A DNA stretch of 64,000 nt from Vampirovibrionaceae bacterium NZW_1234 (GTDB lineage: Bacteria > Cyanobacteriota > Vampirovibrionia > Vampirovibrionales > JAGQHJ01): NCBI GenBank assembly GCA_041697335.1, contig JBGUGD010000004.1:87866-151865 (forward strand). Direction: 5' to 3'. Each line of letters begins with the position of its first letter. Within the stretch, counting starts at the first letter, position 1. Below are positions 18,244-28,131 of the stretch, piece by piece. The notes beneath the pieces are model-generated. The model searched no databases. It was given only the letters and a program-made list of their open reading frames with translations, and had not been told where the DNA came from. Made by a program: the position numbers and the translations under genes.

Positions 18244-18489
18244 TTATTTGCCCATCAGAAAGTCGCCGTAAAACCCGGTAATGGCCGAGACCAAAAAGAA
18301 AAAGCCAACAACCCAAGCTGTTAGTTTCGTTAAGCCTTCTTCGGCACCACGCTGGCTACTAAACAGCTGTGCAGCGTTCCCAATACCACCAATCCCATCA
18401 CCTTTTGGTGAGTGAATCAAGACAAGACCAATAATAGCAACACTGAGAAGGGCTTGAATGACTTGGAGGATGGTGAGAATCATGAACAC
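18244..18489 (-). CDS. secG: Preprotein translocase subunit SecG
   Basis: LVLIHSPKGDGIGGIG...LFSS.RGAE..L.K.T, cyanobacterial-type SecG. Confidence 0.93.
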   Translation of the reverse strand: MFMILTILQVIQALLSVAIIGLVLIHSPKGDGIGGIGNAAQLFSSQRGAEEGLTKLTAWVVGFFFLVSAITGFYGDFLMGK

Positions 18490-18641
18490 AGCTCCTGTGG
18501 TGAAAATGTCTGATCAGGGACTTCTTGGGTATTTAACCACAGAAATGAGGTGACGGGAAATAATCCTCGTAAATTTTGCCAGGTTTCGATACAATAAGGC
18601 CTACGAGCACACACAAGATCATGGTGGAGGTTCAGGAAGCG

Positions 18642-19301
18642 ATGTTGAATTTCAGAAAATCTCAAGTGATGGCGGCGTTCGCGTGTTCCGTAGCATTACT
18701 AGGTTTGTTGGCTTTGCCCTCGGCTCAGGCCTTGAAATTAAGTGATTTGGTGAAACAACAACCCCTGATTTATCTCCCCAGCCAGATTATTCCTGGTCGT
18801 TCGGCAACTTTTACCGTTAAAGGCAGGCCCGGACATCATGTGCGGTTATTTTTATCTTCCCAGTCTAAAGGAAAGGTTCTCAACAACGGTGTTGAACTGA
18901 GAGTCGGGAAGCCTACCCTGGAAGCCGAGGCCGTGATCCCGGCTAGTGGGGTTGTGGACATTAGGGTTGAGATCCCCAAAAAACTCGAAGAGATCGCAGA
19001 AAAACAATATGTTGATGCCATGGTCTGGAGCGATCCGAGTGAAGTTGATGCTCAAGGGGCTGATGTGTTTGATAGTACCGGTGTAGCCGAAGGTAAAAAC
19101 ATTGTCATGATTGGGCAGGAAGCAGATCCCGGGAGCACATTGATTATTCCGGGCGAGGGCGATGCTGTTGGCTTGATGCGCTCTTTAGGTCAGCTCAACG
19201 ATGTGAAGGGCGATCCTCGCAAAAAAGCTTTGATCGATACGGGGAATATCAATCAGGAACGTCAGCTGGATAAGACTCTTGGTGTTCGAGGCGGTCGATA
19301 G
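18642..19301 (+). CDS. Exported hypothetical protein (probably beta-rich)
   Basis: Signal peptide ending in A-Q-A; mature part has beta-strand-like patterning. Confidence 0.7.
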   Translation: MLNFRKSQVMAAFACSVALLGLLALPSAQALKLSDLVKQQPLIYLPSQIIPGRSATFTVKGRPGHHVRLFLSSQSKGKVLNNGVELRVGKPTLEAEAVIPASGVVDIRVEIPKKLEEIAEKQYVDAMVWSDPSEVDAQGADVFDSTGVAEGKNIVMIGQEADPGSTLIIPGEGDAVGLMRSLGQLNDVKGDPRKKALIDTGNINQERQLDKTLGVRGGR

Positions 19302-19338
19302 CGTATTGACAGCTTTATATTGTCTTGCGAGTTATAAG

Positions 19339-19476
19339 ATATTGCCAGGCAAACCTTTGAACCAGGTGCTCTAAAGGCTCCGTATCAGTTCCCCTTGTCC
19401 ACACGCTGTCTAGCCCACACGTCACATAACAAGAAAAGTGGTATACCTGCCATTCAAAGGCACTGTTTGGAAGTAT
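19339..19476 (+). ncRNA. Candidate structured non-coding RNA (rod-like hairpin; 6S-like architecture possible)
   Basis: Nested complementary blocks ATATT/AGTAT, CCAGGCA/TGTTTGG, CCTTTGAA/TTCAAAGG, CAGGT/ACCTG, GTATCA/TGGTAT and CTTGT/ACAAG in a convergent intergenic gap; strand uncertain. Confidence 0.5.
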
Positions 19477-19518
19477 TGGGCAACGCGGATCTTTAAGAGG
19501 GCGAGCCAATGACTGAGT

Positions 19519-21453
19519 CTAGCGATAGTTGGCGTAGGCTGCGTACGGATGGGTATAACCAGTTGCCGTAGGATAATACTGGGCTTGCTGCTGAGCAAAG
19601 GGATTGCTGGCAATAGCATAGGTTGAGGATTGAGGGCCATATGCGGCGTATTGGTAATTGTAGGTCGCATAGGCTGTATTAGCATAAGGGGTGTATCCCC
19701 AGGGCTGAGGAGCTTGCCAGGTTTGTTGTTGTGAATAGGTCTGTCTTGGGACAGCGTAACCGGCTTGCCAATTGTACATTTGGGGCATAAATGCCGGTTG
19801 CCATTGCGGCTGCCAGTGTGGCAAGGGGGACTGTTGCTGGGCCAATGCCGGTTGGGTCAACTGAGGTGCAACGTCGGCGGAGGGTTGTTGAGCTTCTTGT
19901 TCCTGCAGGATTTTTTGGTATTCGTCCAAGAAGGCTGGTTGCTCTTTGGCCGGTACCGTTGAGATCAGTTGAAAGCGCTTGCTATCAGACTCATCCGGCA
20001 GGAAATACTGGTTATTCAGCTTGGAATTGATGTCGTTCCAGATTTTTTGAGCTTGTTTGACTGGGAACCCAGCGTGATGAATTTTGGGGACAATTTCACT
20101 GGCGCGGCGCTGGACCAGATTCGGGTTGTTGTCATCACTGTCAGCAATATTAAAGATGACTTCCCCGGTTTTAGCGTCTTTGGTGTAGCCAACAACGTTT
20201 AATTCGTGTCCCATATTAATGCGTCCGGTGGTGCCAGAGCGGTCCGTATCGGTAATGCCAATAATGACCTGTTCACCGGCATCAATTGCGCTGATTAAAT
20301 CTTGTGTGGTTTCTTCAAAGCTGCGGTAGTAGCCCATCAGGTAGGGTTCGTTGTCGCGATTTGAGGCAGTGAACTGGTAAGTAACGGACATGACACCGCC
20401 ATTATCCTTAATGATGCTTTCCATCAAGGTTTTGCGATCTTCTTCCAGGCCCTTGGAGGGATCGAGGGTACCATCCGGGTTGACCCGCATATCGAGGCCC
20501 GGATCATAGGAGCGAACCACCAAATGAGTCAGTGCTCCTTGGTAAGCCGCTTCAACCACACCCCGGCTCCCGGATTCACGAGAACCTTGCTGGTTAACGG
20601 CCCGAACCAGACCGCTGTAAGGCAGGTTAACCTTGACAATGTACTGCGTATTGTTGGTACCGGAGATGGGGGCAGCAGGAATACCATAATCATTTAGCTT
20701 TTTGGCAGCTTGGCTTGGATCTTCGGGAGAAATTTCAGCCAGGTTGGCTTTTTCGTTAAACGCTAAGCTTGGGCTGGTTAGTTCTGCAATGTGACGGGAA
20801 AATTCGCTGGGGCACTTGGATACCATATAATACATCAGGCTGGAAGCCACGCAGGTCGCACTGGCATTGACACGAAGGGTATTAATGTCGATGGGGCTGG
20901 TAATTTGGGGACCTTGGCCGCTGTGGTAATACTGCATTAATGCCTGCAAGTTGGCGTCTTTGAGAGTCCCAAATTTTTGTGTAATGGTTTGTGGGGCATT
21001 CATCAACCGCAGTACATCTTCCAAGATGACGTCGCCGTCAAGGCCTTTAGCACGGGGGGTGGCAATGATGTTAAACAAATGGGTCAATGTGGACCGGTTG
21101 TTGTCTGCTTTGGTGTCCGTTAAACGTCCTTGGAGCAATTGCTGGTACAGATTGGCTTTGCCCTTGGTGGATAGACGTGACTTAATGGCTTTGTACATAG
21201 CCAAACGGGTACCAAAACTTTCACCAGGAGCCATATTGGTTTTTAAAAGGCTGGAAAGCTTGTAGCTTTCAATGGGATGGGTAACCCAGTCCAGAAGCCC
21301 AAGGCTGGTAGGCTGTGGTGAAACCGGAGCAGAGACCGTGTCAAACTGGACGGTGTCAGCAAGAGACTGGCCAGCAGGTGCAATGCTCCTGGCGTTTTGA
21401 AGATTTGGAAGGCTAATGGGTGCCGATTGAACTGGATTGACAGTATTAAGCAT
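19519..21453 (-). CDS. Hypothetical protein with putative papain-like Cys-His-Asp triad and Q/Y/P/A-rich C-terminal tail
   Basis: ATCVASS, IIGI...GHELNVVG and FNIADSD motifs in papain-fold order; GAGGGG RBS before the ATG at 21453. Confidence 0.7.
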   Translation of the reverse strand: MLNTVNPVQSAPISLPNLQNARSIAPAGQSLADTVQFDTVSAPVSPQPTSLGLLDWVTHPIESYKLSSLLKTNMAPGESFGTRLAMYKAIKSRLSTKGKANLYQQLLQGRLTDTKADNNRSTLTHLFNIIATPRAKGLDGDVILEDVLRLMNAPQTITQKFGTLKDANLQALMQYYHSGQGPQITSPIDINTLRVNASATCVASSLMYYMVSKCPSEFSRHIAELTSPSLAFNEKANLAEISPEDPSQAAKKLNDYGIPAAPISGTNNTQYIVKVNLPYSGLVRAVNQQGSRESGSRGVVEAAYQGALTHLVVRSYDPGLDMRVNPDGTLDPSKGLEEDRKTLMESIIKDNGGVMSVTYQFTASNRDNEPYLMGYYRSFEETTQDLISAIDAGEQVIIGITDTDRSGTTGRINMGHELNVVGYTKDAKTGEVIFNIADSDDNNPNLVQRRASEIVPKIHHAGFPVKQAQKIWNDINSKLNNQYFLPDESDSKRFQLISTVPAKEQPAFLDEYQKILQEQEAQQPSADVAPQLTQPALAQQQSPLPHWQPQWQPAFMPQMYNWQAGYAVPRQTYSQQQTWQAPQPWGYTPYANTAYATYNYQYAAYGPQSSTYAIASNPFAQQQAQYYPTATGYTHPYAAYANYR

Positions 21454-21617
21454 AATGGCTTCCGTATCCCCTCTGACACACTTTAAAAACCACTGAACCA
21501 AAAAACATGCCGGAAGCCTATGGGAATTTAACGATTCTTAACAATGCCAAAGCTCAGTCAAGGAACTGGATTTGGAGAGTCAGAACCTTAAAAAAACGAG
21601 AATGCCCAACATCAGGA

Positions 21618-23375
21618 TTATGGACGCAAAGAGGCGTCCAGTTGCTTTTGCAGGGAGGCCACTGTTTCGGCATCCGACTCTGGAAGATCAAGAGCTTTGG
21701 CCGTTCGAAGTGCCTGGCGGGCGGCTTGAATTTTATCTTGTCCCAGATAAGCCTGGACTAGGCGGAGGTAAATGCGGGCAGAGAACGGAAAATAAAACCG
21801 AGCCTGTTTTAAGCTTTTTTCTGCTTCCCCATAGCGTTGAGCATCTAGATTTTGGCGAGCCTGCAGGAGTGACTCATCTGCCTGTTGCTTTTGTCCCCGG
21901 GACCAGTTGCCAACCCAGGAAGCCAAAGGGGTTGTGGCATCCACGGATTGTTGAGCCCAGGGCCAAGCTCCATGAAGAACAAGCATTTGGGTATCATATC
22001 CTTCTACTGTTTGGTTCAGCACCGCATTTTGAAGACGAAGTGCCTCGACTGGACGATGTTGAATAATGCGAGCATAGGCCTGCGTCAATGGGTCACTGTT
22101 ATCCTGGGCTATGGATTCCAGTACCTGTTCTAACCCCGGGTGAAAACCGTTGTTTCGGATGACTTGAATTTTCAGATCGGCAAGCTGCAAGGCCGGTGAG
22201 AAGGAGTCTCGACTACGAATGTCACTGGCTAATTTGTCTAACAAAATGGGGGAAGGCGGCTTATTTTCCTGCCACAGACGGAATGCCATAGCCGCCATGA
22301 GGGTTAGTAATTGAGGATTCTCCGGGGTAATACGATACAAACGCTGATAGTCTGGGAGGGTTTCTGCCAGACCTTTGGTCCAAAAGGCTTCTGTGGCTTG
22401 GTCTACCAGTTTGGTAAGGATGCCCGGGTCTAAGGCATAGGCTTTGCGATAGGCATTAATGGCCTTATCTTCCTGATTGAGTGTATCCGAGAGCTGGGCA
22501 TATTTCACCCATAGGTCGCTTCGATTGGGCATGACCTCCAGGACGGTCCTATAGCTTTCCGAGGCATCTTCCAACTGGCCGAGTTGGCGCTGAGCGTCAG
22601 CCAAAACCAATTGGCGTTTGGGCCGCTCTCGTAAATCTTGGGTGCGGGATTCTTTTAAGTAGATCAGTCCTTTCTCCGGGTCACCCTTTTGAACAAAAAC
22701 TTTACCCAGAAGATAAAGTGTGTCCACATTGTGCGGGTCCTGCTCAATGGCTTGAAGCAAAATGGGAATTGCCAGACGTGGCTGCTCCTGCTCGCTATAC
22801 ATCTCCACCAAGGCATGTTGGGCTTTGATGTAATTTGGATCTTGGTTCAATGCCCTGAGGAAATAGGTTTCCGCTTCCGGAGGCAAGCTATTGAGAGATG
22901 CGATGACCCCTTTGATATAGAGTGTGGTCGGGTCCAGTTCGTTGATAGCGGCGGCTTGAAGGGCCAGTCGGTTCAGCTGGGCAAGGGTGGATTCTTTTTT
23001 TTCTGGGGTACGGGTAACCAGTGGGCCGAGAAGCACATCACTTTCTAAATCAATGGGTGCAATGGAATCAGGGAATAAAGTGTAGGCGCTTTCTGCCAAT
23101 TTACGTGCTTCTGCGTGGCGATGTTGGAGCATATAAAGATGAATCAATCGGCGGCGAATTTCTAAATCCGAGGGACTTTTTACCAAATGGGCTTCCATAA
23201 GTGAGCTGGCTTGACTCCAGTGACGCTGTTGCAGTAAGGTATCAACGCGGGTCACGATATCCGATTCTGGACGTTCTGCCTGCGCCCCAACAGGAAGGAT
23301 TATGAGAGTAGTGGCTAAAAACCACGTCCAAACCCAGCGATTGATCGTTTCGTGTTTTTGTTTTTTCATGCTCAT
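21618..23375 (-). CDS. Exported tetratricopeptide repeat protein
   Basis: Signal peptide (…GAQA) followed by many TPR-like helical repeats. Confidence 0.8.
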   Translation of the reverse strand: MSMKKQKHETINRWVWTWFLATTLIILPVGAQAERPESDIVTRVDTLLQQRHWSQASSLMEAHLVKSPSDLEIRRRLIHLYMLQHRHAEARKLAESAYTLFPDSIAPIDLESDVLLGPLVTRTPEKKESTLAQLNRLALQAAAINELDPTTLYIKGVIASLNSLPPEAETYFLRALNQDPNYIKAQHALVEMYSEQEQPRLAIPILLQAIEQDPHNVDTLYLLGKVFVQKGDPEKGLIYLKESRTQDLRERPKRQLVLADAQRQLGQLEDASESYRTVLEVMPNRSDLWVKYAQLSDTLNQEDKAINAYRKAYALDPGILTKLVDQATEAFWTKGLAETLPDYQRLYRITPENPQLLTLMAAMAFRLWQENKPPSPILLDKLASDIRSRDSFSPALQLADLKIQVIRNNGFHPGLEQVLESIAQDNSDPLTQAYARIIQHRPVEALRLQNAVLNQTVEGYDTQMLVLHGAWPWAQQSVDATTPLASWVGNWSRGQKQQADESLLQARQNLDAQRYGEAEKSLKQARFYFPFSARIYLRLVQAYLGQDKIQAARQALRTAKALDLPESDAETVASLQKQLDASLRP

Positions 23376-23448
23376 AGTTCGATCTTCCAACTGTTGGTAT
23401 AATACCAGGATTGAAGAGATTTATTTGGCGATGGGAATCTGAAAAGCT

Positions 23449-23808
23449 ATGTATACACAAGGATTTGGTGTTCTTCTAGTTCTATTTATCTGCTCCCTGC
23501 TATTTGCCTTAAGCACCATTATTGCTTCGTTTGTGGTAAGTGCCAAAGCTCCCAACCCGCTCAAGCAGACAGCCTATGAGTCTGGGATGACACCCTATGG
23601 TCAGGCACAAATCAAGTTTGACGTGAAGTTCTATTTGTATTCATTACTCTTCATCCTGTTTGATATTGAAGCCATTTTCCTGTTCCCATGGGCGATTGCC
23701 TTTATGAAGGTGGGGCTCTTGGGGCTGATGGAAATGCTCTTGTTTTTGACTATACTATTTATCGGGTTAGTCTACGCTTGGCGCCGTAAGGCCCTTGAGT
23801 GGCAATAA
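23449..23808 (+). CDS. nuoA: NADH-quinone oxidoreductase subunit A (NdhC)
   Basis: YESGM.P.G, F..KFY...[25 protein letters not shown]. Confidence 0.96.
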   Translation: MYTQGFGVLLVLFICSLLFALSTIIASFVVSAKAPNPLKQTAYESGMTPYGQAQIKFDVKFYLYSLLFILFDIEAIFLFPWAIAFMKVGLLGLMEMLLFLTILFIGLVYAWRRKALEWQ

Positions 23809-23846
23809 TTGACATCGGGTCATCAGCATCACTAGGAGGCACAATC

Positions 23847-24554
23847 ATGTCTAATTTAAAGTTACCCGATCTTGGCGAACTGCTGGAGAGTAGCGGTATT
23901 ATTTTGGCCAGCGTGGATATGCTGTATAACTGGGCTCGTTCTAACTCGGTGTGGCCTTTAACTTTTGCTACATCTTGTTGCGGGATAGAGATGATGTCCA
24001 CCAGTGTTTCCAATTTTGACATCTCACGCTTTGGATCTGAAGTTTTCCGGGCAACTCCCCGTCAGGCTGACTTGATTATTACGGCGGGCACTATTACCCA
24101 TAAAATGGCACCGGCTTTGGTTCGCTTGTATGAGCAAATGCCTGAGCCCAAGTATGTTATTGCCATGGGTGCCTGTACCGTGACGGGTGGGATGTACGAA
24201 AATGACACCTATTCAGTGGTACGAGGTGTTGACCGGTTAATTCCGGTTGATGTGTACGTACCTGGCTGTCCGCCTCGTCCGGAAGCGTTGCTGGATGCTT
24301 TAATTCAGCTTCAGAAAAAAATCCGTAAGGAGTCTTTGAAAGACAGAATGGCTCGTATCGCCACCCACCGTCCACGGGTGAAGTTGGGGCCTGGGGAAGT
24401 TCTCCTTCCGAATGAAGAGTTCCCCGATTATGTTCGTTGGGGTGTCCAGCGTGATGCCTATGAGTTGGACGATTTAGAAATGGTCAGAGGTAATATAAGG
24501 TTCCGTCATGAGCAACGAGAACGAAATCGACAAGCCGCAGCCCGCCAGCAATAA
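23847..24554 (+). CDS. nuoB: NADH-quinone oxidoreductase subunit B (NdhK)
   Basis: [52 protein letters not shown] before 23847. Confidence 0.97.
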   Translation: MSNLKLPDLGELLESSGIILASVDMLYNWARSNSVWPLTFATSCCGIEMMSTSVSNFDISRFGSEVFRATPRQADLIITAGTITHKMAPALVRLYEQMPEPKYVIAMGACTVTGGMYENDTYSVVRGVDRLIPVDVYVPGCPPRPEALLDALIQLQKKIRKESLKDRMARIATHRPRVKLGPGEVLLPNEEFPDYVRWGVQRDAYELDDLEMVRGNIRFRHEQRERNRQAAARQQ

Positions 24555-25173
24555 CGAACCTGCTGCCGAAGCTAAAGCTGCTGAACCGAAAACAGCTGAA
24601 GCCAAACCGTCTGAAGAAGGCGCTGAGAAACCAAAACCTGTTGCTGCTAAAGCGGCCGCTGCCGAAAAGCCAGCTGCGCCGAAAAAAGAAGAAACCCCTC
24701 CGCCGCCCCCTGAGCCAGGTCCTTATGCGACTTTGCTTGGTAAGCTGGGCTTTTCTCCGGCCCCATTGGGTAAGGATGCTACTGGCATGGAGATGATCGA
24801 GTTAAAGTCCTCAGAATTTCTGAATGCAGCAGTGGCGTTACGTGACAATGCCGAAGCCCAGTTTGATCTGTTGGTTTCTGTTTCGGGCGTGGACTGGAAA
24901 GACCGTCTGGAAGCGGTATACCACCTATACTCCACCAAGACCTTTGATCGTCTGGCCTTGAAAGTTACGGCCGTGGATGAAAAAATTCCTTCGGTGGTGT
25001 CGGTCTGGCAAACGGCGGATTGGCATGAGCGTGAGACCTATGACCTTTTTGGCATCGTCTTTGAAGGTCACCCCAACCTAGAGCGTATCTTGATGCCCGT
25101 TGATTGGATCGGACACCCGATGCGCAAGGATTACAAGGTAGAAGATCCCAGATTAGTATGGAATGAGCGGTAG
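24508..25173 (+). CDS. nuoC: NADH-quinone oxidoreductase subunit C (NdhJ) with Ala/Lys/Pro/Glu-rich N-terminal extension
   Basis: [37 protein letters not shown]. Confidence 0.95.
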   Translation: MSNENEIDKPQPASNNEPAAEAKAAEPKTAEAKPSEEGAEKPKPVAAKAAAAEKPAAPKKEETPPPPPEPGPYATLLGKLGFSPAPLGKDATGMEMIELKSSEFLNAAVALRDNAEAQFDLLVSVSGVDWKDRLEAVYHLYSTKTFDRLALKVTAVDEKIPSVVSVWQTADWHERETYDLFGIVFEGHPNLERILMPVDWIGHPMRKDYKVEDPRLVWNER

Positions 25174-26401
25174 CGATATGGCGACGACAATCACTCCCCC
25201 CGAAACAGCTCAAGGCGTTTATTTTGAAAAGGACATTGACACCAATGATATGGTAGTCAATATCGGCCCGCAGCACCCTAGTACCCACGGGGTTTTGCGT
25301 CTCATCACCACGCTGGATGGCGAGTTGGTGAAATCCATGGAGCCGGTAATTGGTTATTTGCATCGAAGCAAGGAGAAAATGGCCGAATCCCGGTCTTTAT
25401 TCCAATACCAGCCCACCATTGACCGGGTTGAATATCTTTCTTCCTTCTTCGATCATTATGTATTCGTGTCTAACGTCGAAAAAATCTGTGACATACAGGT
25501 TCCTAAGCGGGTTCAATACATTCGGATGATTACGATGGAGTTGAACCGCATTACGTCCCACTTGCTTTGGTTTGGGACGTTTTTGTTGGATTTGGGTGCG
25601 ACCAGCCCCATGTTCTACGCCTTCCGGGATCGGGAAAAAATCTTCAAGCTTTTTGAAGATTTGACCGGTGCTCGGATGATGTACAACTACTATCGCTTTG
25701 GCGGGGTGATTGCCGATATGCCTGAAGGCTGGCTGGACAAGGTCCGTCTGGTCATTGATGATTTGCCCAAGCGCTTTGACGAATACGAAGCTCTGGTTAA
25801 TAAAAACCCCATCTTCCTGGATCGCACCATTGGGGTGGGCTATCTGGATCCGCAGCAAGCCATTCAGTATGGGGTTACCGGTCCGACCTTGCGGGGTTCC
25901 GGAATTGCTTTGGATCAACGCAAAACCAACCCCTACCTGTGCTACGACGAAGTTGAGTTTGATGTGCCGGTGGGCAAGAACGGCGATTGTTACGATCGCT
26001 ACAAAATCCGTGTTCAGGAAATGCGGGAATCGATTCGCATTATTCGCCAATGTATTGAAAAAATGCCTGGCGGTGATACGGCTGAGCTGAATCGGCGTCG
26101 CAAAGCTGGGGACGAAGATGCCCTGAACAACCCGGATTATCAAATTACCGGTAAAAAAATCAATCTGATTACCTTTAAGCCCAACAAAGGTGAGGCTTTC
26201 ACGACGGTAGAGTCTCCCCGAGGCTTTTTAGGGTGTTATATGATTACCGACGGCACCCCAAAAGCCTATCGGGTCAAGTGGCGTGGTGCGTCCTTCTCCA
26301 ACCTGAGTATTCTGCCACCCTTGATGGAAGGACGTTTATTCCCAGACCTGATGGCCATTTTTGGAAGCATTGACGTTATTCTTCCGGAGGTCGATCGATA
26401 A
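25163..26401 (+). CDS. nuoD: NADH-quinone oxidoreductase subunit D (NdhH)
   Basis: NIGPQHPSTHGVLRL, IGYLHR, ELNRI.SHL, GPTLRGSG, ESPRG and terminal EVDR. Confidence 0.97.
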   Translation: MSGSDMATTITPPETAQGVYFEKDIDTNDMVVNIGPQHPSTHGVLRLITTLDGELVKSMEPVIGYLHRSKEKMAESRSLFQYQPTIDRVEYLSSFFDHYVFVSNVEKICDIQVPKRVQYIRMITMELNRITSHLLWFGTFLLDLGATSPMFYAFRDREKIFKLFEDLTGARMMYNYYRFGGVIADMPEGWLDKVRLVIDDLPKRFDEYEALVNKNPIFLDRTIGVGYLDPQQAIQYGVTGPTLRGSGIALDQRKTNPYLCYDEVEFDVPVGKNGDCYDRYKIRVQEMRESIRIIRQCIEKMPGGDTAELNRRRKAGDEDALNNPDYQITGKKINLITFKPNKGEAFTTVESPRGFLGCYMITDGTPKAYRVKWRGASFSNLSILPPLMEGRLFPDLMAIFGSIDVILPEVDR

Positions 26402-27643
26402 ATGAAAGATTTTCTCTATAAACTGCTGATGGACTTAGGGTTGCCCCCGGAACTCATTTTTTTCATCTGGGCCGGCTTGATGTTTGTGGTCATTTCCCTT
26501 GTGGGGCAGGCTGCAGTTGTCTTTATGGTTTTGATGGAACGTAAAATTTTGGCTTGGTTAACCCAGCGCAAAGGCCCCAACCGTGTTGGTCCTTGGGGGT
26601 TGTTGCAAACGGTTGCCGACGGGGTGAAGCTCCTTTTTAAAGAAGATGTTATGACCCCGGAGCAGGACAAATTGCTCTTTACCATGGCTCCGGTATTGTT
26701 CTTCCTGCCGACCTTTGTTATTTACGGCTTGATTCCGTTTACCAGCGAACTCGTGGGTGTGGATCTGACCTTGGGGCTCCTGATGGTCTTTGCCTTGTCC
26801 TCCATTGGGGTTGTTGGTATCGTTCTTGCCGGATGGGGCAGTAACAACAAGTATTCGCTGATTGGTGGGATGCGTAGCGCCTCTCAGGCCATCAGCTATG
26901 AAATCCCCTTGGTGATGTCGGCCCTGGGTGTGGCCTTGGCCTCTGGTTCCTTGAACCTGAAGGAAATTGTTGAAGCCCAGAATGCAGGCCAATTTGGTGC
27001 CTTTTCCTGGTATTGGCTTAGCATTTTGCCCTTGAGCTTTGTTATTTTCTGGATCTCGTCCATTGCCGAGGTCAACCGGATTCCCTTTGACTTGCCTGAA
27101 GCCGAAAGCGAATTGGTCAGCGGGTATAATACCGAGTACTCCGGTATGAAGTTTGCCTTGTTCTTTCTCGCCGAGTATGCCAGCCTCTTTGGGATGAGCG
27201 CCTTGATGGTTGTCTTGTTCTTTGGTGGGTATTATTCCCCCATTGGCGGGCTGATCCTCGAAAGACTTGGTTTTAATGAACCCTTGTTGCTGCAATTTGA
27301 GATGGCAACCTGGCTTATTCTCAAGACTTACGTCTTTATTGCTCTTGCCATGCTGATTCGGGGAACGCTACCTCGCCTTAAACCGGATCAATTGATGGGC
27401 TTCAGTTGGAAATTTTTGATTCCATTGTCTCTGGTGAACTTATTGCTGATTGCGATGTTGAAGATCTCCTGGTCTCTTGAAAGCACAGCGGTCATTTCTC
27501 TCGGGGCGTTCTCCATTAGTCTTCAGTATGCGGTGACCTACCTCTTAATGGCTCTTGCACTGTTCCTGGTGCTGATGGCCTTCGGAGCGCTCTTTAAGCG
27601 TAAGGTCGTTACCCGCATCCAGATGCAGCAAAGGACGGTATAA
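26402..27643 (+). CDS. nuoH: NADH-quinone oxidoreductase subunit H (NdhA)
   Basis: ERK...QR.GPNRVGP.GLLQ..ADG.KL..KE, PFDLPEAESELVSG..TEYSG. Confidence 0.97.
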   Translation: MKDFLYKLLMDLGLPPELIFFIWAGLMFVVISLVGQAAVVFMVLMERKILAWLTQRKGPNRVGPWGLLQTVADGVKLLFKEDVMTPEQDKLLFTMAPVLFFLPTFVIYGLIPFTSELVGVDLTLGLLMVFALSSIGVVGIVLAGWGSNNKYSLIGGMRSASQAISYEIPLVMSALGVALASGSLNLKEIVEAQNAGQFGAFSWYWLSILPLSFVIFWISSIAEVNRIPFDLPEAESELVSGYNTEYSGMKFALFFLAEYASLFGMSALMVVLFFGGYYSPIGGLILERLGFNEPLLLQFEMATWLILKTYVFIALAMLIRGTLPRLKPDQLMGFSWKFLIPLSLVNLLLIAMLKISWSLESTAVISLGAFSISLQYAVTYLLMALALFLVLMAFGALFKRKVVTRIQMQQRTV

Positions 27644-27645
27644 CC

Positions 27646-28131
27646 ATGGGAATTACAGATAATAAAGTTATCAGTGGTGCCATTGAAGTTGGTCGGGGCA
27701 TGGGTGTGGTTGCCAAGCACCTGTTTCGTCCGCCCGTAACATTGGAATATCCTGAAGTGATGCCGGATCTGAGCGAACGGTTTCATGGAAGGCTCTGCTT
27801 ATTGACCAAATCCAGCGGTGAGGATCTGTGTATTGGTTGTCAAGCCTGTGCTCGGGTTTGCCCTTGTGGAGACCTGATTCAGATTGATATGCACCGTGAT
27901 GAGAACAAAGTTCCCGTCATCGACCGTTTTACCATTGACTTAGGTCGATGCATTTTTTGTGGTAATTGTACAGAAGTCTGCCCGGTTGACTGCATTAAAA
28001 TGCTTCCGGACTTTGAGCTAGCTGATTATGACCGGCGCGCCCTTGTTTTAGACAAGTATGCGTTGGCTTTAAGCGGCGAAGAGTCTGATCAATATCGGTT
28101 GCAGCACGGTTTGGAGCCTCATGTAGAATAA
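27646..28131 (+). CDS. nuoI: NADH-quinone oxidoreductase subunit I (NdhI), 2x[4Fe-4S]
   Basis: CIGCQACARVCP and CIFCGNCTEVCP. Confidence 0.96.
   Translation: MGITDNKVISGAIEVGRGMGVVAKHLFRPPVTLEYPEVMPDLSERFHGRLCLLTKSSGEDLCIGCQACARVCPCGDLIQIDMHRDENKVPVIDRFTIDLGRCIFCGNCTEVCPVDCIKMLPDFELADYDRRALVLDKYALALSGEESDQYRLQHGLEPHVE

Noticed and set aside
25397..27295. Long antisense ORFs (248 and 245 aa) opposite nuoD and nuoH, and similar shadow ORFs elsewhere
   Set aside because: Antisense frames of strongly conserved genes with no recognisable motifs; expected from codon bias.
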